The notes under the pieces were generated by a model. That model was not told the origin of the DNA and ran no database searches. It saw nothing but the letters and a program-made list of their open reading frames with translations. From a bacterium (lineage in GTDB: Bacteria > UBP15 > UBA6099 > JAJRTR01), in contig JAJRTR010000204.1 in NCBI GenBank assembly GCA_024278215.1, positions 52,644 to 72,643 on the forward strand: a DNA stretch of 20,000 nucleotides, in the 5' to 3' direction. The position numbers were made by a program, and so were the translations under genes. Position 1 is the stretch's first letter, and each line of letters opens with the position of its first letter. Below, piece after piece: positions 1-9,174 of the stretch.

Positions 1-2
1 AC

Positions 3-533
3 GGGCTTGGCAACAGGCTTGAGGTGTATTTCGCGCTGACTAATGTGTCGATCACGAGCGTGAAGAAAACGACGAACATGACGCCCGCGTTCGATCGTTC
101 GTCGAATTCAGACCTGGACGGAAATGCGATAGGTATCAAGTATAATCCCGGCAAGAATTATGTTCTGAAAGAGACAACACATAAGAAGTGGGATTTCGCG
201 CTGGGCGGAACGAGAGTGCAGATGGACAATGTGGACGGCAGTGAATTCTATGGAGTAGTTTCGCTGCCGCTCAAGAAGTTCAACATGCACGCCGGTTTAT
301 TCTACTACAATCTCGAAGGCATGAGCGGTAAGAACTTCGGGACGATGATGGGAGTTGAATTTCCGCTTCGTTCGGACCTTTCGCTGATCGGCGAAGGGAA
401 GCTTTTCCAGTCCAACTACACATGGAACGCCGCGCTTCGTTATATCTACCAGGAGAGGGGCGCGTTGCTCCTGGGTATTTCTGATACAGACGACACGCAG
501 GTGAAACAGGTTGGTCTGTCATATTCATATTAG
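3..533 (+). CDS. Partial (5'-truncated) hypothetical protein, probable outer-membrane beta-barrel
   Basis: Frame is open from the window edge (GLGNRLEVYF...). Amphipathic beta-strand-like segments and a C-terminal aromatic beta-signal-like end (VGLSYSY). Stop TAG at 531-533. Confidence 0.5.
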   Translation, partial: GLGNRLEVYFALTNVSITSVKKTTNMTPAFDRSSNSDLDGNAIGIKYNPGKNYVLKETTHKKWDFALGGTRVQMDNVDGSEFYGVVSLPLKKFNMHAGLFYYNLEGMSGKNFGTMMGVEFPLRSDLSLIGEGKLFQSNYTWNAALRYIYQERGALLLGISDTDDTQVKQVGLSYSY

Positions 534-534
534 T

Positions 535-712
535 GAGCCAATTGCAAAATTATGTTCTTAGCGAGGTCGAGCGAAATTGTTCGGAGCAAGGCGGAGATGT
601 AAAATCCTCGCAGGCGAACTTGTAGAGTACGTCGAGGACGATTTTGTGCCGACAACGCAGCTATGGACAATAGCAGCCGACCGCAGCCGAATCAGAATTT
701 TGCAATTGGCTC
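535..712. mobile_element. 178-bp palindromic MITE-like element, copy 1
   Basis: Perfect 17-bp terminal inverted repeats GAGCCAATTGCAAAATT (535-551) and AATTTTGCAATTGGCTC (696-712). Nested internal inverted repeats, no transposase, and a second copy at 19829-20000. Confidence 0.85.
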
Positions 713-736
713 TAGAGAAGATACTGGTGAACATTT

Positions 737-1144
737 ATGCCTGATAGAAAGATAAGAGTAATAATAGCGAAACCGGGTCTCGATGGTCACGACCGGGGCG
801 CGAAAGTAGTGGCGCGTGCGTTGCGTGACGGCGGGATGGAAGTGATCTACCTGGGTCTACAGCAGACACCCGCGGATATAGTTAATGCGGCGATTCAGGA
901 AGATGCGGATGTCATCGGGCTAAGCTCGCTCGCCGGTGCGCACATGACACATTTCAAACGTGTCCTTCAGTTGCTTAAAGACAACGATGCTGAAGATATT
1001 CTTACGGTCGGCGGCGGGATAATACCTGAAGAAGACAAGAAGGCGCTGCTCGACATGGGTGTCGCCGCGCTTTTCGATCCCGGCGCTCACACCGACGAGA
1101 TTATCAGGACAATCGAGCAGCTTGTCAAACAGCCTGTAGTTTAG
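737..1144 (+). CDS. Stand-alone cobalamin-binding subunit of methylmalonyl-CoA mutase (acyl-CoA mutase small subunit)
   Basis: 135 aa with the B12 His-on motif KPGLDGHDRG, plus GLSSL and VGGGII motifs. Confidence 0.93.
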   Translation: MPDRKIRVIIAKPGLDGHDRGAKVVARALRDGGMEVIYLGLQQTPADIVNAAIQEDADVIGLSSLAGAHMTHFKRVLQLLKDNDAEDILTVGGGIIPEEDKKALLDMGVAALFDPGAHTDEIIRTIEQLVKQPVV

Positions 1145-1148
1145 GTTC

Positions 1149-1167
1149 GTCCGGAAATATTCCGGAC
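1149..1167. terminator. Perfect hairpin directly after the mutase small-subunit stop (possible terminator or stabilising stem)
   Basis: GTCCGGAA-ATA-TTCCGGAC. No clear U-tract follows on the + strand. Confidence 0.4.
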
Positions 1168-1286
1168 AAACATTGTGCAGAAAATCCTCTTTACTATAGA
1201 TCGGTCCTGTTTGTTCACACTGTATACCTGCCTGAAGGAGAAAATCCAATAAGCATGATTCAAGTTATTTGGAAGCGGGGAAAAAT

Positions 1287-2345
1287 ATGGGGAAAAAAGA
1301 AATACGAAAAAAGATAGATGCAATAGATTCGCGGATACTCGAGCTGCTCAACGAGCGTGCCGGTCTGGCACTTCAGACCAGTAAGTTCAAGAAGCATTTT
1401 TACGATCCGGTGCGCGAGCGGCAGATTTTCGAGCGTCTGTGGGAGATGAACAAGGGGCCGCTCGAAGATGACCACATTGCAAACATATACAGGGAAGTGT
1501 TGTCTGCCTGCCGCGGACTCCAGAGGCCACTCAAGGTTGCATTTCTGGGGCCGAAAGCGACGTTTTCACACGCCGCCGCAAAAAGTCGTTTCGGCGCGTC
1601 CATCGAGGAACATCCCTGTGCGGACATCGGACTGGTTTTTGATGAAGTCGAGAAGGACCGCGCCATCTACGGCGTCGTGCCGTTCGAGAACTCGAGCGAG
1701 GGCATTATCAACTACACGCTCGACCGCTTTGCCGTCACGCCGGTGAGTATATGCGGCGAGATTTACAGCGAGATCGTTATGAACCTGATCTCGAAGCAGG
1801 AAGACATATCGAAGATAAAGAAAATATACACGCATCCCAAGGCAATCGAGCAGTGTTCCGAGTGGCTGCGTCGGAACGCTTCGGACAAAGAGGTTATCCA
1901 AGTGGCGAGCACCGGGCTTGCCGCCCAGAGGGCAGCGCGCAGCAGGTCAGCCGCCGCCATTGCCGGAAAACTCGCGGCGGAAATATACAGCTTGAAAATC
2001 ATCGAATCGCACATCGAGGACAGCCGCGACAATGTCACACGTTTCATGATCATCGGCAAGCAGAAAATGCCGAAAACGGGCAATGATAAAACATCCGTGC
2101 TTTTCTCCGTCCGCCACGAACCGGGCACCCTCTACCGGGCGCTCAATTCGTTCGAGAAGTACAACATCAATCTGACAATGATGCAGGCGCGTCCTTCGCG
2201 GAAAGGGCAGTGGGAGTATATCTTCTTTGTCGATCTGATGGGGCACAAGTCGGACGAAGAGGTCAAGAGCGCGCTGGCCGAAATGAAAAAGGAAACCATC
2301 ATCCTTAAAACCTGCGGTTCCTATCCCGCTTCCGATCAACAGTGA
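1287..2345 (+). CDS. pheA: Bifunctional chorismate mutase / prephenate dehydratase (P-protein)
   Basis: N-terminal AroQ motifs (IRKKIDAIDSRILELLNERA, DPVRE), PDT motifs (FLGPKATFS, VPFENSSEG, NVTRF) and a C-terminal ACT domain (HEPGTL, ARPSR, YIFFVD). ATG 1287 preferred over TTG 1269. Confidence 0.95.
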   Translation: MGKKEIRKKIDAIDSRILELLNERAGLALQTSKFKKHFYDPVRERQIFERLWEMNKGPLEDDHIANIYREVLSACRGLQRPLKVAFLGPKATFSHAAAKSRFGASIEEHPCADIGLVFDEVEKDRAIYGVVPFENSSEGIINYTLDRFAVTPVSICGEIYSEIVMNLISKQEDISKIKKIYTHPKAIEQCSEWLRRNASDKEVIQVASTGLAAQRAARSRSAAAIAGKLAAEIYSLKIIESHIEDSRDNVTRFMIIGKQKMPKTGNDKTSVLFSVRHEPGTLYRALNSFEKYNINLTMMQARPSRKGQWEYIFFVDLMGHKSDEEVKSALAEMKKETIILKTCGSYPASDQQ

Positions 2346-2351
2346 CGGGTT

Positions 2352-4061
2352 TTATTCAGTTGATTTCAACTTATAAATCTTTATCTCCGGGCCGGGGCGG
2401 GCCGGGGTTTCGGGTATGAGCTTGATGAGCGCGGCTTCGGCGTCGAGGTCGTCGTAGAAGCGGACTGCGGCGGGGTAGTATTCGCGTGCGGCGCAGTAGC
2501 GGTCATATATCGCACTGGATGCAACAAGGTATTCATATCCTTCTTTCCTGTACATTTCCATTTTGTAGGCCGACAGTGAGTATGTGTTGAAGACATAGTA
2601 TTTCTTCTCGATTTTTTTCAGGGCCATCAAGTGAAATTTCTTTTGTGACGATGCTTCCGCTTCAGGCGTTTTGCGGTTTTTGTATGCGTAGAAGGGTACA
2701 GCTTCCTCGACATAGTATTTTTCGTAGCGCGCGGCGCGGCCTGTGTCGGTAAGCGATGCCGCGGTGGGGTGCAGTTGCGGGCCACCCATCTCGATGGCGA
2801 TGCGCGCGCCGGGCGGTATATTTTTTTCTATCCATTCGCGAGCGATCGTTCTTGTGTTGGTCTTTCTGATAAAGGCGTCGTATTTTATAGTTGCTGTTGC
2901 GGGAACAATTGTCAGGATGATTGCGACGGCGGCGACAACGGCGGCGCGGCGCGGCGCGGGTATTCTTAAGCGCTCCGGAAATTCCGCTACGATCCTGCCC
3001 GAGAGTATGCAAAGCGCCGGGATGATAATAACCATGTAGCGCTCGAATACCTGCGCGGACATGAATCCGTGGATGATGTAAAAGACGGCAATGTATGTGA
3101 GCAGCATCCAGTCCGCGCCGCGACGCTTTGCGGCGGCGAACGCTATAGCGCATAATGACACGAGCAGCAGAGGGAGTCCGAGGCCGTCGCGAAGGTAGAC
3201 CGCCGGGATTTGCCACCACATTTTCGACAGTACTTCCATACCGAGCCAGCCGTGTTCGAGCAGGCTGCGTTGTATGTTTATGTCCTGTGCGAAGGTTCTG
3301 AAATCGAGTATGGTGTACGGCGCACACAGGAAGAAGGCGGCGGCGGAGGCGAGGCTCATGAGAATAAGATTTACATTTATATGTTTAAGAGGATTCGCCG
3401 CGTGCCTGTCGGTGAACATGTGTGACGAGTGCGAAACGATAAGCGCGGGGACGACAACGAAGGCTGTGTATTTTGTGGCTATCGCTGCGCCTGCGGCGAG
3501 TCCGGCGAGGACGTAGTTTCTTTTTGTCGACGTGGCACCCGGTCCCGGCGCGAGAAACATTGCCAGCATTATCCAGAAAGTAACGGGCACGTCGGTTGTA
3601 GCGAAGTGGGAATGAACGCAGTGGAGATGCGCGAACGCGAGAAGCATAGCGGCGGCGAGACCGGCGCGTTTCCCGTAATACTTTTTTCCAATCGCGTACG
3701 CAAGCCAGACAGTTGCGACGCCCATGCAGGCCGAGAGAGTGCGGGCGATGAGGTAGAGAGGTGTGGGGTCGATGAAGTACATTGTGCCGAAGGCTGCCGC
3801 GCTGTGAAAGATGCCTGTGAAGCTGCCGACTACGAAATATGCGCCGAACAGAATGAAGACGAGATACATCTGGAGTGCGGGGTAGAAAAAGAAGTGCGGG
3901 TTGAGATCGCCTTTGCCGAAACGGACTGCACGGGCAACGATGTGGACTTCGTCGATATTGAGTTGATCGGGGAGACCGGATCCGTTGCCGTAGAGCCTGA
4001 CGGCCAGGGCGGCGACAAGTATCGTTGCGAGTATCAACCTGTCTTTAGTGCTGGTGGTCAT
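2352..4061 (-). CDS. GT-C fold membrane glycosyltransferase (ArnT/PMT-like, GT39/GT83 type)
   Basis: Many transmembrane segments, a DE motif in the first external loop (LNIDE), and FFYP, ATKY and ERY motifs typical of this family. Confidence 0.8.
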   Translation of the reverse strand: MTTSTKDRLILATILVAALAVRLYGNGSGLPDQLNIDEVHIVARAVRFGKGDLNPHFFFYPALQMYLVFILFGAYFVVGSFTGIFHSAAAFGTMYFIDPTPLYLIARTLSACMGVATVWLAYAIGKKYYGKRAGLAAAMLLAFAHLHCVHSHFATTDVPVTFWIMLAMFLAPGPGATSTKRNYVLAGLAAGAAIATKYTAFVVVPALIVSHSSHMFTDRHAANPLKHINVNLILMSLASAAAFFLCAPYTILDFRTFAQDINIQRSLLEHGWLGMEVLSKMWWQIPAVYLRDGLGLPLLLVSLCAIAFAAAKRRGADWMLLTYIAVFYIIHGFMSAQVFERYMVIIIPALCILSGRIVAEFPERLRIPAPRRAAVVAAVAIILTIVPATATIKYDAFIRKTNTRTIAREWIEKNIPPGARIAIEMGGPQLHPTAASLTDTGRAARYEKYYVEEAVPFYAYKNRKTPEAEASSQKKFHLMALKKIEKKYYVFNTYSLSAYKMEMYRKEGYEYLVASSAIYDRYCAAREYYPAAVRFYDDLDAEAALIKLIPETPARPGPEIKIYKLKSTE

Positions 4062-4138
4062 CAGGAAATCCGCCGCAGTTCGGTGCGATGTATTTGTTGT
4101 GAAACCGTCAGGTAACGATAGTGAATAAGGTGATATGT

Positions 4139-4747
4139 TTACCAGTGCCAGCCCAGTGAGCGGTTACGTTTCCTGAAAGTAATGTATATTGCTCCGGCGG
4201 CTGCGGCTTTCAATATTGCTCCGGGGATGAAGGGGACGAGGCCCATCATGACAACTTCGCGAATGCCTGTGCCGGTGACGAGTTTGAGGTGTAGACAGCC
4301 GAAGAAAAAGATTACGGCAAGTCCCGCGACAAGTGCTGAAGTTATTCTGAGAATGTTTTCCTTCTGAGAATCGTTGTTTCCGATTATGTAACCTATGACG
4401 GGCTGTGCGGCGAGAAAGCCGACGATGTATCCGCCTGTGGGGCCGGTGAGATGCGCTATGCCCACGCCCATGAGCGTGAACATGGGCATGCCCGCAATAC
4501 CAAGCACGATATATGCCGCCTGTGACACTGTTCCGTAGCGAGGACCAAGCAGCAGCGCGCCGAGCAGGACGAAAAACACTTGCATTGTGAAGGGCACAGG
4601 TGTGAAGGGGAGAGGAATCCTGATAAACGCGCCTATGGCTGTGAGAAATGTGAATGCCGCTATTCCAAGCATCACACTTATCTGTTTACTTATCAGAATA
4701 TCCCTGTTGGGAACTGAAGTTGCAATTTGTGGTCCTTGTATTCTCAT
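4139..4747 (-). CDS. bioY: Biotin transporter substrate-binding component BioY
   Basis: Motifs IPLPFTPVPFTMQ, LLGPRYG, GPTGGYIVGF and PFIPG. ATG at 4747 follows an AGGTG RBS-like site; alternative GTG start at 4756. Lies directly downstream of birA. Confidence 0.93.
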   Translation of the reverse strand: MRIQGPQIATSVPNRDILISKQISVMLGIAAFTFLTAIGAFIRIPLPFTPVPFTMQVFFVLLGALLLGPRYGTVSQAAYIVLGIAGMPMFTLMGVGIAHLTGPTGGYIVGFLAAQPVIGYIIGNNDSQKENILRITSALVAGLAVIFFFGCLHLKLVTGTGIREVVMMGLVPFIPGAILKAAAAGAIYITFRKRNRSLGWHW

Positions 4748-4752
4748 GTCTT

Positions 4753-5547
4753 TCACCTTATCAGAGTGGTTTCTTCAAACTCGACTGATTCTGTCGATCC
4801 GTTGTCATTGTGAACGATGAGCCGCCCGCGGTTGTCGATGTCGACAGGAACAACCTTTCGCTTGTTGCCGTCCGGCGATTGCAGAATTACATTGCGCCCG
4901 AACAGCACAGCCCTTTTTCTCCATTCCGCAATGATGTTATCTAATGAACCGGATTTGAATTCAGCGATTCTATTATCTATCATAATCGTGATTATTTCAA
5001 GCATTTTTTCAATCGGCCAGTTATTGCCGGACAGTGATTTTACAGAAGTGGAATGCTCCTGTATTTCCGCAGGCAACTGCTCCGGCGAGTTGTTCACGTT
5101 GATCCCGATGCCGATTGCCACGAACGGAATACTATTTTCGACAGATGTCGCCTCGCACAATATTCCGGCGATTTTTTTCATATCGACGAGCACGTCGTTC
5201 GGCCAGCTGAGACCAATGGAATCGGGCGGCAGTCCGAGTTCCACGAAAACCTTTTCGAGCGCGTCCGCCGCAGCAACACCTGCTGCAATGGACAGAGCGG
5301 GAAGACGCGCGATGTCTTTTGCGCCGGGTCGCACAAGCACACTCATCCACAGGCCGCCGCATGGCGAGTGCCACACGCGGCCCCGGCGGCCACGCCCCGC
5401 ACGTTGCTCGGCGGCGACGGCTATGGTTCCGTCCGGCGCACCGGCAAGCCCCAGCCTTCGGATCTCGTCGTTTGTGGATTCCACCACGCCGAACCGGTGG
5501 ATTCTTTTTGTTTCAGGCATATCCGGTATTCCGAATAATGGTTTCAA
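4753..5547 (-). CDS. birA: Biotin--protein ligase without an N-terminal HTH domain
   Basis: Motifs ESTND, AEQRAGRGRRGRVW, WPND, KKIAGIL and IGIGINV. Start may be ATG 5520. Confidence 0.92.
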   Translation of the reverse strand: MKPLFGIPDMPETKRIHRFGVVESTNDEIRRLGLAGAPDGTIAVAAEQRAGRGRRGRVWHSPCGGLWMSVLVRPGAKDIARLPALSIAAGVAAADALEKVFVELGLPPDSIGLSWPNDVLVDMKKIAGILCEATSVENSIPFVAIGIGINVNNSPEQLPAEIQEHSTSVKSLSGNNWPIEKMLEIITIMIDNRIAEFKSGSLDNIIAEWRKRAVLFGRNVILQSPDGNKRKVVPVDIDNRGRLIVHNDNGSTESVEFEETTLIR

Positions 5548-5558
5548 TTACTTGGTGC

Positions 5559-8522
5559 CTACAGTGCGATATTGCCGTGTTTGCGGCGCGGTCGGTGCTC
5601 GCGTTTCGACTGGAGCATGTCCAGCGCGGTGATGATACGCTGGCGTGTGTCGTTCGGAGCGATAACATCGTCGATGTAGCCGAATTCCGCCGTGATGTAG
5701 GGATTGGCGAATTTTTCACGGTACTCGCGTGCGAGTTCGGCGCGTTTGGCTTCGGGGTCGGCAGCCTCGCTGATCTGTTTTCGCGCAATTATGTTGATCG
5801 CGCCGTCGGGGCCCATCACGGCAAGTTCGGCGGTGGGCCATGCGAGGTTGATGTCGCCGCCCGAGTGTTTCGAGCACATGACGTCGTATGCGCCGCCGTA
5901 AGCTTTTCGTGTGATGATCGTGATCTTCGGCACAGTCGCTTCGCAGAAGGCATAGAGGAGTTTCGATCCGTGGCTGATGATGCCGCCATGTTCCTGGTCT
6001 GTGCCGGGCAGGAAGCCGGGCACATCAACGAATGTGACGAGCGGGATATTGAAAGAGTCGCAGAACCGAACGAAGCGGGCTGATTTGCGCGACGCGCTGA
6101 TGTTGAGGCAGCCTGCGAGGTAGTTGGGCTGGTTGGCGACGATACCCACGGGGAAGCCGTTATAGCGGGCGAAGCCGACGACGATGTTCTGCGCGTAGTA
6201 CTGGGCGACTTCGAGGAATTCGCCGGCGTCGACGGTTTTAGCGATGACATTTTTTATATCGTAAGGGTGGTTCGGATCGTCGGGGAGGATGTCGACGAGG
6301 TTTTCGCCGGGTTCGAGAATCGCGTCGCGCGGCTCGGCAAGCGGGGGGTCTTCCATGTTGTTGGAGGGCATGTATTCGAGCATATAGCGAACGAGGTCGA
6401 GACAGTCTTTCTCGGTTGGTGTGACGAACTGAACGACGCCGCTTGTGGAGTTGTGGGCCATGGCGCCGCCGAGTTCCTCGAAGGAAACTTCCTCGCCTGT
6501 CGCGGCCTTGATGACCTGCGGGCCGGTGATGAACATGTGGCTGGTTTTGTCTACCATGGCGATGAAGTCGGTCATAGCGGGCGAATAGACCGCGCCGCCG
6601 GCGCACGGGCCGAGGATCGCGGATATCTGAGGCACGACGCCTGAGCTGAGCACGTTGCGGAAGAAGATGTCGCCGTAGCCGGCGAGGCTCGCGACGCCTT
6701 CCTGAATGCGAGCGCCGCCGCAGTCGTTAAGCCCGATCACAGGCGCTCCGGCCTTCATCGCAAGGTCCATGAGCTTGCATACTTTCTGCGCGTAGCGTTC
6801 ACCGAGCGCACCGCCGAAGACAGTGAAATCCTGCGAGAAGACGAACACCAGGCGACCGTTTATGTTGCCGTATCCGCAGGCGACGCCGTCTCCGATCGGC
6901 CTTTTCTTGTCGAGCCCGAAATCGCGGCACCTGTGGCGCACAAACCTGTCGATCTCGACGAAAGTGCCCTCGTCGAGCAGGTAATCGATTCTTTCGTAGG
7001 CGGTCATCTTGCCGCGTTCGTGCTGTTTGTCGATGGCCTTGAGACCGCCGCCGAGTTTCGCTTCTTCGGACATCGTTTCATAAAGCTTCATTTTTCGCTG
7101 GTTGTCCGTGAGAGATTCGTCTTCCTCCTTCTCGGGGAGAGTGATCTCCGGCGCGGGCCGTTCCGGTTCTTTCTGTTTTTCGAGACGCTTCTTGAAGAAG
7201 TCGACGGCGACCTGCGGGAACAGCACATAAGTGAGGACGTCTTCTTCCGACTGTTTCCACTCTTTGACGGCTTTGCGGGCGGCGGGCAACTCGGGTTTGA
7301 TGGTCGCGCCGGGCCTGTCGGTGATGGGTTCGATGTCGCCGATTGCTTTTTTGAGCAGTTTTTTATTTATCTTGCCGGGCGCGCGGCCGTAGAGTCCCTT
7401 AAGATAAAGTTTCACTTCCTCGGTGATGATTTTATAGCGCTCGCCGGTCATTACGTTTATCGTAGCCTGTACGCCGACGATCTGGCTCGAGGGCGTAACG
7501 AGTGGCGGGTAGCCGAGGTCTTTGCGCACGCGCGGCACTTCGTCGAGCACTTCGTCTATCTTGTCCAGCATATCCTGTTCCTTGAGCTGGTTGACCAGGT
7601 TGGAGAACATGCCGCCGGGGATCATGTGCACGAGGATGCCGGTGGAAACGCGCTCGGACAGTGGGTTCAGCAGGTCCGCGTAATTCTCACGGACATGTTT
7701 GAAGCGGTCGGAAATCTCGACAAGTTTCGCGAGATCGAGGCCGGTGTCGTGTTCCGTGCCACGGAGCGCGGCGACAGTGGTTTCGGTGGGAGGTTGCGAC
7801 GTGCCGCCGGAAAGGGGCGAAAGCGCCGTGTCGAGAATATCCACGCCCGCGTCGCACGCGGCCATATACGCCATCGGCGCCATGCCGCTTGTGCAGTGGC
7901 TGTGCAGATGCACGATGGTGTTGAGCTTTTTCTTTAGCGCTTTTGTCAGTTCATATACAGCCTGTGGCGTGATGACACCCGCCATATCTTTTATACATAT
8001 CGAGTCCGCGCCCAGCTCGTGGAGTTCGGTGGCCGTCTCGACAAACTTCTTTATCGTATGCACGGGGCTGACCGTGTATGAGATGGTGCCCTCGCAGTGT
8101 GCGCCGACTTTCTTCACTTCGCGCATCGCCACTTCCATGTTGCGCACGTCGTTAAGGGCGTCAAACACACGGAACACATCCACGCCGTTCTTGTGCGCGA
8201 GCTGCACGAATTTTTTCACAACATCGTCCGCGTAGTGTTTGTAGCCGACGACATTCTGCCCGCGCAGCAGCATCTGCATCGGTGTGTTGGGGCATGCCTT
8301 CTTGAATCGGCGTATACGTTCCCAGGGGTCTTCGCCGAGGAACCTGATGCAGGAGTCGAATGTCGCGCCGCCCCAGGTCTCGAGCGAGAAGAACCCGATT
8401 TTATCCATGTCCGAGGCGATGGGCATCATGTCGTCGATCTTCATACGCGTTGCAATCAGCGACTGGTGCGCGTCGCGGAATATCGTGTCTGTAAGCTGAA
8501 CTTTTTTGTTTTTCCTTGCCAT
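5559..8522 (-). CDS. Fusion protein: pyruvate/oxaloacetate carboxyltransferase (5S/OadA/PycB-like) plus acyl-CoA carboxyltransferase (12S/PccB/MmdA-like)
   Basis: aa 1 to ~445: [56 protein letters not shown]. Then a charged Pro-rich linker. aa ~475-987: [49 protein letters not shown]. No biotinyl (MKM) domain. Confidence 0.92.
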   Translation of the reverse strand: MARKNKKVQLTDTIFRDAHQSLIATRMKIDDMMPIASDMDKIGFFSLETWGGATFDSCIRFLGEDPWERIRRFKKACPNTPMQMLLRGQNVVGYKHYADDVVKKFVQLAHKNGVDVFRVFDALNDVRNMEVAMREVKKVGAHCEGTISYTVSPVHTIKKFVETATELHELGADSICIKDMAGVITPQAVYELTKALKKKLNTIVHLHSHCTSGMAPMAYMAACDAGVDILDTALSPLSGGTSQPPTETTVAALRGTEHDTGLDLAKLVEISDRFKHVRENYADLLNPLSERVSTGILVHMIPGGMFSNLVNQLKEQDMLDKIDEVLDEVPRVRKDLGYPPLVTPSSQIVGVQATINVMTGERYKIITEEVKLYLKGLYGRAPGKINKKLLKKAIGDIEPITDRPGATIKPELPAARKAVKEWKQSEEDVLTYVLFPQVAVDFFKKRLEKQKEPERPAPEITLPEKEEDESLTDNQRKMKLYETMSEEAKLGGGLKAIDKQHERGKMTAYERIDYLLDEGTFVEIDRFVRHRCRDFGLDKKRPIGDGVACGYGNINGRLVFVFSQDFTVFGGALGERYAQKVCKLMDLAMKAGAPVIGLNDCGGARIQEGVASLAGYGDIFFRNVLSSGVVPQISAILGPCAGGAVYSPAMTDFIAMVDKTSHMFITGPQVIKAATGEEVSFEELGGAMAHNSTSGVVQFVTPTEKDCLDLVRYMLEYMPSNNMEDPPLAEPRDAILEPGENLVDILPDDPNHPYDIKNVIAKTVDAGEFLEVAQYYAQNIVVGFARYNGFPVGIVANQPNYLAGCLNISASRKSARFVRFCDSFNIPLVTFVDVPGFLPGTDQEHGGIISHGSKLLYAFCEATVPKITIITRKAYGGAYDVMCSKHSGGDINLAWPTAELAVMGPDGAINIIARKQISEAADPEAKRAELAREYREKFANPYITAEFGYIDDVIAPNDTRQRIITALDMLQSKREHRPRRKHGNIAL

Positions 8523-8583
8523 TTATGTAATCCTCTTTTCTGCTATTATCACAGCATCATTGTATCCGCGCATATATTTCGAT

Positions 8584-8988
8584 CTACTCGCAGATTTCTA
8601 CAAGTATGCCGCCCGTCGCTTTTGGGTGGATGAAAGCGATTTTCTTATTGTGGGCACCGATGCGCGGCTTCTCGTCGATCATCCTCACGCCTGAAGCCAT
8701 AAGATTTTCGATGACCGATTCGATATTCTCGACAGCGATGGCAATGTGGTGGAGGCCGTCGCCTTTCTTGTCGAGGAATTTCGAGATGGGGCTGTCGTCG
8801 GTCGTCGGCTCGATCAGTTCGATTTTCGCGTCGCCCGTGTCGAGTATCGCGGCCTTCACCTTCTGCTCAGCGATCTCCTCGATGCCCTCGAATTCGAGTC
8901 CGATTAGGTCTTTATACAATCTGAGCTGCGCGTCGATGCTTTTGACGGCTATGCCTATGTGGTCGAGACCGTTTATTTTGTTTGCCAT
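8584..8988 (-). CDS. mce: Methylmalonyl-CoA epimerase
   Basis: VOC fold motifs DHIGIAV, IELIEP, GLHHIA, FIHPK and GGILVEI. ATG 8988 follows GGGGA. Confidence 0.93.
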   Translation of the reverse strand: MANKINGLDHIGIAVKSIDAQLRLYKDLIGLEFEGIEEIAEQKVKAAILDTGDAKIELIEPTTDDSPISKFLDKKGDGLHHIAIAVENIESVIENLMASGVRMIDEKPRIGAHNKKIAFIHPKATGGILVEICE

Positions 8989-9174
8989 GATTATTTCCCC
9001 CATTTGATTTTATGTGTAGCTCGTCGAAAAAAAACGGTAGTGGAAGCCGGTGCCGGCGGTTTCCGGTGTTCCCGGGGGCCGGTCGGGTAACACACAGACT
9101 GAACGCTCCCGCGTTCACAACCTTTTCTTTTCGCTACAAACGATTGGTGATTGCCGGTCCGGTGTCGATTCAAG

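Noticed and set aside
7088-7135. AAGGAGG inside the fusion linker as an internal RBS for a separate 12S product
   Set aside because: The nearest in-frame ATG is more than 30 nt downstream; the motif is explained by Lys-Glu-Glu codons.
9035-9085. GGAAGCCGGTG...TTCCGG resembling part of a cobalamin riboswitch
   Set aside because: It is on the antisense strand relative to the operon, and the B12 box and other conserved elements are missing.
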